Counted from the stretch's first letter, positions 9,582 through 17,151 are shown. The stretch is DNA of 64,000 nucleotides from an uncultured Lentimicrobiaceae bacterium (GCA_964610025.1 CAZSTX010000001.1:117209-181208); one strand, 5' to 3'. Numbers and translations are program-made. Notes: generated from the letters alone by a model not told the origin.

Positions 9582-10538
9582 ATGAAATTTAACAATCCAT
9601 TATCAACAGACGACTTACTGCAAATCATAGGCAATAATGTGAAAATTATTGGCGATAGAAATTTGAAAATTAGAGGTATTAACGAAATACATGGTGTTGA
9701 AGAAGGTGATATTACTTTTGTCGACCATCCTAAATATTATGAAAAAGCGCTTAAATGCAAAGCCGATTTTGTAATTATTGATATAGAGCCAGAAGATACG
9801 TTCGGAAAAACATTATTTATATCTGACGATCCTTTTAGAGATTATGTTAAAATTGTAAAACATTTTAGAATATTTATTCCACAAGATAGTTTTATTCATC
9901 AAGAAGCTGAAATAGGAGAAGGAACTGTCTTACAACCAGGTGTTTTTGTTGGACGTAATGTGAAAATTGGGAAAAATTGTATTATTCATTCTAACGTAAG
10001 CATTTATGACCATACTACTATTGGCGATAATGTTATTATTCAATCTAATAGTGTTATTGGTGGCGAAGCATTTTATTTTAAACGTCGCCCCGATTGCTGG
10101 GATAAATTAGAATCTTGTGGTAGTACGTATATAGGTGATAATGTAGAAATAGGTGCTTTATGTACTATCGATAAAGGCGTTTCGTCTGAAACTTACATTG
10201 GTAATGGTACAAAAATGGATAATCATATCCAAATAGGACACGACACAAGGATAGGAAAAAATGTGTTAATAGGAGCGCATTGTGCTATTGCTGGAGTGGT
10301 TGTTATTGAAGATAATTGCTTGATATGGTCTAAAGTATCTATTAATAAAGATTTAGTTGTAGCACGCGGCACTACTATTTTGGCTACCTCTGCCATTGCT
10401 AAAAGTACTCTGCCAAATCAAATACTTTTTGGAGCTCCTGCCATCGATTTTCGTAAAAAATGGAGAGAAATGGCTGCAGTACGCATGCTGCCCGATATTC
10501 TTGATGACTTAATAGAAGTAAAATCAAATATGAAATAA
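9582..10538 (+). CDS. lpxD: UDP-3-O-(3-hydroxyacyl)glucosamine N-acyltransferase
   Basis: 318 aa. LpxD N-terminal domain followed by hexapeptide (LbH) repeats, with a catalytic-type HIQIGHD segment. Confidence 0.85.
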   Translation: MKFNNPLSTDDLLQIIGNNVKIIGDRNLKIRGINEIHGVEEGDITFVDHPKYYEKALKCKADFVIIDIEPEDTFGKTLFISDDPFRDYVKIVKHFRIFIPQDSFIHQEAEIGEGTVLQPGVFVGRNVKIGKNCIIHSNVSIYDHTTIGDNVIIQSNSVIGGEAFYFKRRPDCWDKLESCGSTYIGDNVEIGALCTIDKGVSSETYIGNGTKMDNHIQIGHDTRIGKNVLIGAHCAIAGVVVIEDNCLIWSKVSINKDLVVARGTTILATSAIAKSTLPNQILFGAPAIDFRKKWREMAAVRMLPDILDDLIEVKSNMK

Positions 10539-10549
10539 TAAAAAAACGC

Positions 10550-11428
10550 TTATACGTTTTCTTTATTACACTTATTTAAATGATATTCTGCCAAAGCATC
10601 AATAGGATAGCGTACTATATTATTAATGACTAAACCTTTTTCTTTACCAACTACTTTTAAAATATCCTTTAGCAAAGCAGCTATAGAACCTACAAAATTA
10701 ATCGGGTAAAATTTACTTTCAGGATAGGGTAGGACAAATTCATCAAAAAATGCATGAAATGAATCAGATACAATATTTAACATACTTTCATCTTGAACAT
10801 TATCTATTACAAATGAAGCAAAGCTAGCTATAAAAACACCAGGCTTTTCTTTTTGATAAAGATGATTTAAAATATCTAAAGATGATAAATTATATTTACT
10901 ATTAAAAGCATCTAAAAGATGCATAGGTAGCTTGTTTTTTAAAAATAATTGCAATAAGCCTTTTCCTAAATGCGAACCACTGCCTTCGTCTCCTAACATA
11001 TAGCCTAAAGAAGGTAATGTTTTTATAATGCTTTTTCCATCATAAACACATGAATTAGAACCTGTTCCTAAAATACACGCTACTCCCATATCGTCTCCAC
11101 AGCAAGCTATAGCCGATGCCAACGTATCATGCTCCACAATAATGGCTGCATTTTGAAATATCATTTTTAAAGAAGAAGCAATTATTTCTTTTTTATTATC
11201 TGTAGAACATCCTGACCCATAAAAATAAATACGCAATACTTTGTCTAATGTAGTATATTTCAAAATAATAGGAAGTACCATTTGAGCAATGACTGTAGTA
11301 ATTTCTTCTTTACTTACATGGAAAGGATTAAGTCCATTTGTATCTGTTTGAGAAATAATAGTTTTAAGAGTAGGGGATAGTAATCTCCAATTGGTAGAAG
11401 TTGAACCGCTTTCTGCAATTAATATCAT
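10550..11428 (-). CDS. BadF/BadG/BcrA/BcrD-type ATPase (N-acetylglucosamine kinase-like)
   Basis: 292 aa. N-terminal IAESGSTSTNWRL and ILGTGSN actin-fold ATPase motifs. Confidence 0.6.
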   Translation of the reverse strand: MILIAESGSTSTNWRLLSPTLKTIISQTDTNGLNPFHVSKEEITTVIAQMVLPIILKYTTLDKVLRIYFYGSGCSTDNKKEIIASSLKMIFQNAAIIVEHDTLASAIACCGDDMGVACILGTGSNSCVYDGKSIIKTLPSLGYMLGDEGSGSHLGKGLLQLFLKNKLPMHLLDAFNSKYNLSSLDILNHLYQKEKPGVFIASFASFVIDNVQDESMLNIVSDSFHAFFDEFVLPYPESKFYPINFVGSIAALLKDILKVVGKEKGLVINNIVRYPIDALAEYHLNKCNKENV

Positions 11429-11490
11429 TTGCTTTTTTTTTTACAAAATTACACTATAATTTTTAATATTAATATAAAAAAATAATAATT

Positions 11491-11928
11491 TTTACAATAA
11501 AAAGATGTAAATTTAAAAAGATTTTATGTAAATTATTATGTAAACCTGAATGTAAATAATAAAAGAAGTAAGTAAATTTACGTAAATTACAATAGGATTG
11601 TATTGTAAATCATTGAAATTTAAAGGGAACAAGCTTAAAATAAAGCAAAAATTTTATTATATAGATTGATTTACAATTTATTATATAGGGTAATTAAAGT
11701 AATAGTAGAATAATTAATATGTAAATAATACTATATTGATAAAATACCCTAATAATTTTATTACTCGCTTGTATTTCAATATATATACTAATTTATTTAA
11801 AGTAATAGATGAAAGTTATTTAGTAAATTTATGTAATTTTACATGTAAATTGTTAAAATTTAAAAAACTTATTATTATTATTATTATTTTTGCAAGTAAA
11901 TGTAAATTAATATTTCATGAATGTAAAC
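11491..11928. repeat. array of about 13 direct NGTAAA(T/C) / ATGTAAAT repeats plus inverted copies
   Basis: Direct copies start at 11506, 11527, 11539, 11551, 11571, 11581, 11604, 11720, 11822, 11844, 11895, 11901 and 11922. Inverted copies are at 11491 and 11669. Palindrome GTAAATTTAC at 11572-11581. Confidence 0.7.
11885..11892 (+). promoter_or_regulatory. -7 promoter box TATTTTTG overlapping a (TTA)6 repeat
   Basis: TAnnTTTG match 45 nt upstream of the ATG at 11937. The (TTA)6 tract at 11869-11886 runs into it. Confidence 0.35.
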
Positions 11929-11936
11929 ATTAAAAT

Positions 11937-12365
11937 ATGCGAGAAAGAATATTAAAAATTTTGGAAGACAAAAATTTAAATCAAGCAGAGTTTGCCGAAA
12001 TAATTGGAGTAAATCCTTCAAGTATTAGTCATATTATGAATGGTAGGGATAAATTTAGCCAAACAATTGCATCTAATACACTATTGAAATTCCCTGAAAT
12101 CAATCCTTTATGGTTTTTAAAAGGAGAAGGAGAAATGTATAAAAATAAAATAAGTAATGAATATTTAAAAAACGAAGAACAATCACGTATTGAAGGAGAA
12201 TCGAATATTCGCCCAACAAATTATACTGACACGACAATAAACGATGTTAGCGATTTAAATAAAAGCAAGCAGATGCCGCCTATTACTGATGCAAATAATA
12301 AAAAAATAGAAAAAATTGTTTTCTTTTATTCTAATCAGACATTTGAAGAATATTATCCAAAATAA
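11937..12365 (+). CDS. XRE/phage CI-like helix-turn-helix transcriptional regulator
   Basis: 142 aa. N-terminal HTH (LNQAEFAEIIGVNPSSISHIMNGR) followed by INPLWFLKGEGEM, a motif typical of CI-repressor-type HTH proteins in Bacteroidota. Confidence 0.7.
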   Translation: MRERILKILEDKNLNQAEFAEIIGVNPSSISHIMNGRDKFSQTIASNTLLKFPEINPLWFLKGEGEMYKNKISNEYLKNEEQSRIEGESNIRPTNYTDTTINDVSDLNKSKQMPPITDANNKKIEKIVFFYSNQTFEEYYPK

Positions 12366-12455
12366 TATTTATATAAAACTTTGTGTTAAATAGCATTTTA
12401 TTCTAAATTTTCTATTTATTGATAAAACTATATACATATTGTAAAAGTAAAAGTG

Positions 12456-12463
12456 TACTTTTG
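12456..12463 (+). promoter_or_regulatory. -7 promoter box TACTTTTG
   Basis: TAnnTTTG match 31 nt upstream of the ATG at 12494. Confidence 0.4.
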
Positions 12464-12493
12464 TACTATTATAGAGTTTATAAATAATAGCTT

Positions 12494-13246
12494 ATGTATA
12501 AGAATCATTCACCTCAAAACATTCACTTTATTTATGGAATACGACCAGTAATAGAGGCTATTAATGAAAATAAAGATATTGAAAAAATTGTATTACAAAA
12601 AGGAACCCGAAGTGAAGTTTTTCGCGAATTATTTCAATTAATACGCGAGCATCATATTCCTTTTCAATATGTTCCTCTTGAACGCTTAAATCGTTATACA
12701 AAAGGGAACCATCAAGGAGTTGTATGTTTTATGTCGTCTGTAGTTTACCAAAGTATATACGATATTGTTCCAAAAATATACGAAGATGGAAAAACTCCTT
12801 TTTTATTATATTTAGATAAAATTACCGATGTTCGTAATGTAGGTGCCATTGTTAGAAGTGCTGAATGTGCTGGCGTTGATGCCATTGTTGTTCCTACAAA
12901 AAAAACAGCACAGCTTAATGAAGATGCTATTAAAACTTCGGCTGGTGCCTTGCATAAATTACCAATATGCCGACACGATAATATAAAAGAAGTATTGACT
13001 TATATAAAGCAATGTGGTATTACATTGATAGGATGTACCGAAAAAGCAAAAAAACTATATTATGAGCAAAACTATACAATTCCTATTTGTTTAATAATGG
13101 GGAATGAAGGAGAGGGGATTTCCCCTGATATTTTGTCTATGTGCGATACAAATGTACAGATTCCAATGCAAGGAAGCCTTTCCTCTTTAAATGTTTCGGT
13201 AGCTACGGGCGTAGTACTTTTTGAAGTTGTTAGGCAAAGATTATAA
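12494..13246 (+). CDS. rlmB: 23S rRNA (guanosine-2'-O)-methyltransferase, SpoU/TrmH family
   Basis: 250 aa. SpoU substrate-binding N-terminal domain plus TrmH motifs (NVGAIVRSAECAGV, LIMGNEGEGIS, SLNVSVATG). Confidence 0.8.
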   Translation: MYKNHSPQNIHFIYGIRPVIEAINENKDIEKIVLQKGTRSEVFRELFQLIREHHIPFQYVPLERLNRYTKGNHQGVVCFMSSVVYQSIYDIVPKIYEDGKTPFLLYLDKITDVRNVGAIVRSAECAGVDAIVVPTKKTAQLNEDAIKTSAGALHKLPICRHDNIKEVLTYIKQCGITLIGCTEKAKKLYYEQNYTIPICLIMGNEGEGISPDILSMCDTNVQIPMQGSLSSLNVSVATGVVLFEVVRQRL

Positions 13247-13316
13247 AAATGTCTTTTTTAACAAAACTATGTTAAAAAAAATACAAATTAACTATTAATA
13301 ACTCAATTAAAAAAAA

Positions 13317-13324
13317 TATTTTTG
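13317..13324 (+). promoter_or_regulatory. -7 promoter box TATTTTTG
   Basis: TAnnTTTG match 22 nt upstream of the ATG at 13346. Confidence 0.35.
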
Positions 13325-13345
13325 CAATAATAAATATTTAATTTT

Positions 13346-14071
13346 ATGAAAAAAATAAGTAGCTTATTGATTTGCATACTATTTATGCAAACACTTTTTT
13401 CACAAGTAGAAAAAAGACCACGTTTAGTGGAAACAAGTTTTTTTGCTGGTCCTACTATCATGTGGGGAAGTCCTAAAACAGAAGATTATAAAAGAAAAGG
13501 TGCTAAAATAGGAGGCGTTTACGGGCTCGGAATCGATATTAATTTAGTGCAACCACTGCAAAATTATTATTTTACTACTGGAATTAATGCACGGCATATA
13601 CGCTTTAAATTATCATTCCCTGATAATTATCATCTGCCTTATAGCAACGATAGTGTAATATTAGACTCTTCTATTGTTAATGCTACCTATAATACGGTGT
13701 ATTTAAGCATTCCTACTGCTATTAAATTAAAAACCGACCCATTTGGTAGGTTTATTATCTTTGGGACAATTGGGTTAGACCATAGTTTTTGTGTTGCTTC
13801 TAAAAACAAAGACGAAATAACGTATAAAACCGATATAAAGACTTATGAAAAAGTAGATATGTATAAAAAAACACTTTTTTTTAGAGAAGCATTGATAGTG
13901 AGTGCTGGTTTTGATTTTATTATAAAAGGTAATACAAAAGCTAGTTTTGCTTTAGTTTTTAATAATACATTTACCAATTCATTCCGTAAAACTTATATTA
14001 ACAATATAAGCAAAGGAAAAGTAAATGCCAACACACGTGGTTTTGAGTTTCAATTTGGATTTATTTTTTAA
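13346..14071 (+). CDS. outer-membrane beta-barrel (porin-family) protein
   Basis: 241 aa. Signal peptide, alternating beta-strand pattern, and a C-terminal aromatic residue (FGFIF). Confidence 0.55.
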   Translation: MKKISSLLICILFMQTLFSQVEKRPRLVETSFFAGPTIMWGSPKTEDYKRKGAKIGGVYGLGIDINLVQPLQNYYFTTGINARHIRFKLSFPDNYHLPYSNDSVILDSSIVNATYNTVYLSIPTAIKLKTDPFGRFIIFGTIGLDHSFCVASKNKDEITYKTDIKTYEKVDMYKKTLFFREALIVSAGFDFIIKGNTKASFALVFNNTFTNSFRKTYINNISKGKVNANTRGFEFQFGFIF

Positions 14072-14084
14072 AAATAATAACATA

Positions 14085-14158
14085 GGCTCCGTAGTTCAGC
14101 TGAATAGAACGTCAGATTCCGGTTCTGAAAGTCAAGGGTTTGAATCCCTTCGGAGTCG
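14085..14158 (+). tRNA. tRNA-Arg (anticodon CCG)
   Basis: Hand-folded cloverleaf. Acceptor GGCTCCG/CGGAGTC (one G-U pair), D arm GTTC/GAAC, anticodon stem TCAGA/TCTGA with loop TTCCGGT, T arm AAGGG-TTTGAAT-CCCTT. 74 nt. Confidence 0.85.
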
Positions 14159-14173
14159 CTAATATTCATTAAA

Positions 14174-14725
14174 ATGACAGTTAGACATTCTTTTTTTAAT
14201 TCCATAGACGCTTCGTGGACATTATTTCTTGATAGAGATGGAGTGATAAACAAACGTATTCACAATGCTTATGTACGAAATGTTGAAGAGTTTGAATTGT
14301 TACCCAATAGTAAAATGGCATTTTCTATTTTTCGTCAACTATTTTCAACCATTATAATTGTAAGCAATCAGCAAGGAATAGGAAAAGGAATTATGACAGA
14401 AGATGATTTGCTAATAATTCATAATCATATGCAAAATGAACTGAATCATTGTATTGATAAAATATATTATGCCCCAGGATTAGAAGGCGAAAACAATATA
14501 TTAAGAAAGCCAAATATTGGTATGGCTTTGCAAGCAAAAAAAGATTTTCCAACAATTGATTTTGCAAAATCTATTATGGTAGGCGATACTTATAACGATA
14601 TTATTTTTGGTAAAAACCTTGGAATGAAAACAGTTTTAATAGCTGAAAATAAAAATGATATAGAAGCAGATGTGCAATTTAAATCTTTGTATTCCTTTGC
14701 ATTAAAACTTAAGAAAGTCGAATAA
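14174..14725 (+). CDS. gmhB: D-glycero-D-manno-heptose 1,7-bisphosphate phosphatase (HAD-IIIA)
   Basis: 183 aa. LFLDRDGVIN (DxDG motif), NQQGIG, RKPNIGM and MVGDTYNDI HAD motifs. Confidence 0.75.
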   Translation: MTVRHSFFNSIDASWTLFLDRDGVINKRIHNAYVRNVEEFELLPNSKMAFSIFRQLFSTIIIVSNQQGIGKGIMTEDDLLIIHNHMQNELNHCIDKIYYAPGLEGENNILRKPNIGMALQAKKDFPTIDFAKSIMVGDTYNDIIFGKNLGMKTVLIAENKNDIEADVQFKSLYSFALKLKKVE

Positions 14726-14797
14726 TTATTTGACTTTTTCTCCTTTATATAAATCGAACTGTTGAATGTTTTCTATTTGTTTTTGATAACTTAAATA
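14539..14797. repeat. direct repeat R, copy 1 (gmhB 3' end plus last 72 nt of the transglycosylase gene)
   Basis: Identical by eye to 17131-17389 (offset 2592). Confidence 0.9.
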
Positions 14798-14846
14798 GCT
14801 ACTCCTTACCAATCAAAAATCGTATCTATTTTATAAAAAAAATCAA

Positions 14847-15290
14847 ATGATTTACAAATTAAAAAAAACAAAATTTTTATTAGTGAGCGTATCTCTTTTT
14901 ATCTTCGGTTGTTCAAATAAAAATGACATTGATAATATTGTTTCTACCGAATATGATAGATGTAAGGAAAATACAAATTGTCTCATAGATTTTGCTCATT
15001 TAATGAATTTTGAGTGGGATACTATGTGTTATTATTCAGGAGCTAATTCATTAGAAGAAATTAACAAAGATTTAGGTTTTGAATTAAGAGATTTTACAGA
15101 TATTGGAGATCGAGTAATATTTTTTCACAAAGGGAAAATTATTTATCAAAAAGAATGGTTTTATAATCCAAGTGAACCGCCCAAAGGAATAATTTTTATG
15201 ACTGATTTAGATAAGTTTAGAATAAGTAAATCAAACGCAAAATTTGAAGCAAGAAAAGAAGGAAATGCTTTTTATTTAATAAAAATTTAA
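14847..15290 (+). CDS. lipoprotein, candidate orphan immunity protein
   Basis: 147 aa with lipobox LFIFGC. First gene of the insertion. No motif recognised, so the immunity role is inferred from context only. Confidence 0.4.
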   Translation: MIYKLKKTKFLLVSVSLFIFGCSNKNDIDNIVSTEYDRCKENTNCLIDFAHLMNFEWDTMCYYSGANSLEEINKDLGFELRDFTDIGDRVIFFHKGKIIYQKEWFYNPSEPPKGIIFMTDLDKFRISKSNAKFEARKEGNAFYLIKI

Positions 15291-15337
15291 GCAACGCAAC
15301 TAACGCCATAAAAAAAAACTTAATAAAAACAAAAAAC

Positions 15338-15463
15338 AACCAAAAAAAAGTATACATTTGCAAAATGAAAAACTACAACACACACACGGGAAGCACAAAA
15401 CCTCTACTCATCAGTAGAGCGTTAAAGCAGTGTGCTGTGGCAAGGCAAGGGATTGCCAGCAAA
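15338..15463 (+). repeat. toxin cassette head, copy 1 (27 nt upstream plus codons 1-33)
   Basis: About 88% identical (15 mismatches in 126 nt by hand count) to 17005-17130. Confidence 0.8.
15353..15360 (+). promoter_or_regulatory. -7 promoter box TACATTTG, 4 nt before the ATG
   Basis: TAnnTTTG match conserved in both head copies. Spacing implies a very short or absent leader. Confidence 0.4.
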
Positions 15464-16516
15464 ATAGGCAGCGGATTTGCCGATTCTATCAGTGGCGGAA
15501 TAGTTGATAATGCGTATAAAATTACAGTTATGCAAAATGAACTCAGCGAAGTAGCCAATGACTTGATAGACACTATCCATTGCAACTTTACGCAGATACG
15601 CTATTTGGGCGGAGATTCCTGCAAGTATGAGAGTGGTTTGTATTTTTATCATGGTAACCATTTGAGCAGCACCCAACTTATTACCGACATTAACGGCTCT
15701 GTAACGCAGGCGGTTCTTTACAATCCTTGGGGTACGATAATAAGCGAATATAGAGCAGATTGGATGTTAGATACCATACCGAGATATTTATTCAACGCTA
15801 AAGAAAAAGACGAAGAATCAGGGCTTTACTATTTTGAAGCACGTTACTATAGTTCAGATGCTGGAACTTTCCAAAGCCGAGACCCAAAATTTGAACAATA
15901 TTTTTGGTTGTCGCCCTATGCGTATTGTGCGAATAATCCGGTGGTTTTTGTAGATCCGGATGGGAGGAAGATAGTATTTGCAAAAGGAACGACTCCAGAA
16001 TTTAAAACTGCTTTTAAATCAGCTATACAACATTTGAATAAAAATAAAGTAGGGGGTATTGCTTCACATTTGGAAAAATCAAGAACTACATATTATATTG
16101 CTGAAACAACAGGCGAAGACACTCGTTTTAGCCCTTCAACACAGACAGTTTATTGGAATCCATCTCTTGGACTTGAAACAGATGAAGGAGTTACTTTATC
16201 CCCAACAACTGCATTAAATCACGAATTAGGACATGCTTTAATACTGGATTTATCTTTTGAGGCAGGCAAAATGAAAGAATATAATGCAGAACGAAATAGT
16301 GGTTCTGACCCTGATTATGGAACAAAAAATGAAAGATATGTAATTACTCGTATCGAACAAATAACGGCAAAGGCTTTGGGCGAAATAAAAGATGGTCAGG
16401 TTACACGAAAAAATCATGGAGGGATTTTTATTGAAACAGAAAGCCCCACTTCTAATCAACCAAAAATGCAACAAATTGAATTGCAACCAGTAGAAAATTT
16501 TTCAGAGCCAGAATAA
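15365..16516 (+). CDS. RHS repeat-associated core-end protein with C-terminal HExxH metallopeptidase toxin domain
   Basis: 383 aa. YFYHGNHLSSTQLITD, LYNPWG, GLYYFEARYYSSDAGTFQSRDP, SPYAYCANNPVVFVDPDG (15953-15964 = DPDG), then HELGH at 16220-16234. Confidence 0.8.
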   Translation: MKNYNTHTGSTKPLLISRALKQCAVARQGIASKIGSGFADSISGGIVDNAYKITVMQNELSEVANDLIDTIHCNFTQIRYLGGDSCKYESGLYFYHGNHLSSTQLITDINGSVTQAVLYNPWGTIISEYRADWMLDTIPRYLFNAKEKDEESGLYYFEARYYSSDAGTFQSRDPKFEQYFWLSPYAYCANNPVVFVDPDGRKIVFAKGTTPEFKTAFKSAIQHLNKNKVGGIASHLEKSRTTYYIAETTGEDTRFSPSTQTVYWNPSLGLETDEGVTLSPTTALNHELGHALILDLSFEAGKMKEYNAERNSGSDPDYGTKNERYVITRIEQITAKALGEIKDGQVTRKNHGGIFIETESPTSNQPKMQQIELQPVENFSEPE

Positions 16517-16530
16517 TAAAAAATGAAAAT

Positions 16531-16965
16531 ATGAAAAAGATAGGTGTTAATTTGATTTTGTTGATTTTACTGAAAGCATCAATTGGATTTTCTCAGAATA
16601 GTATTATTATTCGATATGTAGATACTGAAATTCAAACTCCTATACGTATAACGGGTTATCTTTTTAGTAGTGGGTGGAAATTTGAAGAATTTGAAGTAAA
16701 AGATACCATTTTTTACAAATTTATACAACAAAGAATAGATTCAGTCAAATATTGTCGTGATAATATTCAATGTCGTTGTCCAGATGTTAGGCAACAAATT
16801 ATTGTTACTAATGGAGAAGAATATGATATTCTTTCTTCTGATGGAAGTTTTGCGATGGAAATAAATGGGAAATGTATATTTTTTGATGAACGATTGCAAA
16901 AAGCCATAAATCGGGTTATTGAAACTTATGAGAATAAAAAAGAAGACAATCTACAAAGGAAATAA
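16531..16965 (+). CDS. exported small protein, candidate cognate immunity protein
   Basis: 144 aa. Signal peptide MKKIGVNLILLILLKASIGFSQ. Starts 15 nt after the toxin stop. Role inferred from position. Confidence 0.45.
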   Translation: MKKIGVNLILLILLKASIGFSQNSIIIRYVDTEIQTPIRITGYLFSSGWKFEEFEVKDTIFYKFIQQRIDSVKYCRDNIQCRCPDVRQQIIVTNGEEYDILSSDGSFAMEINGKCIFFDERLQKAINRVIETYENKKEDNLQRK

Positions 16966-17004
16966 CAGATATGTGGATTTTTATTGTATAAAATACCCCC
17001 CTAA

Positions 17005-17130
17005 AACCAAAAAAAATTATACATTTGCAAAATGAAAAACTACAGCACACACACGGGAAACACAAAACCTCTACCAAAGAGTAGGGCGGTAGAAAAGTGT
17101 GCTGCGGTAAGGCAAGGGATTGCCAGCAAG
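17005..17130 (+). repeat. toxin cassette head, copy 2
   Basis: Homologous to 15338-15463. Includes TACATTTG at 17020-17027 and an ATG at 17032. Confidence 0.8.
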
Positions 17131-17151
17131 AAAAGATTTTCCAACAATTGA
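17032..17151 (+). pseudogene. truncated second toxin module (head only, 39 codons)
   Basis: MKNYSTHTGNTKPLPKSRAVEKCAAVRQGIASK then runs out of frame into the gmhB repeat and stops at 17149-17151. Confidence 0.7.

Larger units (their letters stand above)
14798..17130. other. polymorphic-toxin/immunity insertion between the two copies of R
   Basis: Unique 2.33-kb segment bounded by the perfect direct repeats. Holds an Rhs-core toxin, two exported small proteins and a truncated toxin head. No mobility genes. Confidence 0.75.

Noticed and set aside
11491-11928. CRISPR array or chromosomal origin (oriC) as an explanation for the repeat array
   Set aside because: The units are only 7-8 nt with irregular 10-100 nt gaps, unlike CRISPR repeats and spacers. 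No TTATCCACA-type DnaA boxes are present and no dnaA or dnaN lies nearby.
11736-11933. 65-aa ORF inside the ATGTAAAT repeat region
   Set aside because: The translation is low-complexity and AT-driven (runs of I, K, N, F), the ORF is made up of the repeat units themselves, and it overlaps the promoter of the HTH gene. It is most likely non-coding.
14085-14158. tRNA-Arg as the integration site (att) of the toxin island
   Set aside because: The duplicated sequence starts 380 nt downstream of the tRNA and contains no tRNA sequence. No tRNA 3'-end repeat is seen at the other end of the island.
14068-14253. 61-aa minus-strand ORF
   Set aside because: It overlaps the tRNA-Arg gene and the gmhB start, so it is an artefact.
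15373-16486. Minus-strand ORFs of 61-84 aa inside the toxin gene (15373-15585, 15422-15676, 15798-15983, 16250-16486)
   Set aside because: They lie entirely antisense to a gene with clear family motifs, and nothing in them is recognisable. The same reasoning applies to the antisense ORFs inside pgk, lpxC-fabZ, ettA, the RND pump, AddB-like and typA.
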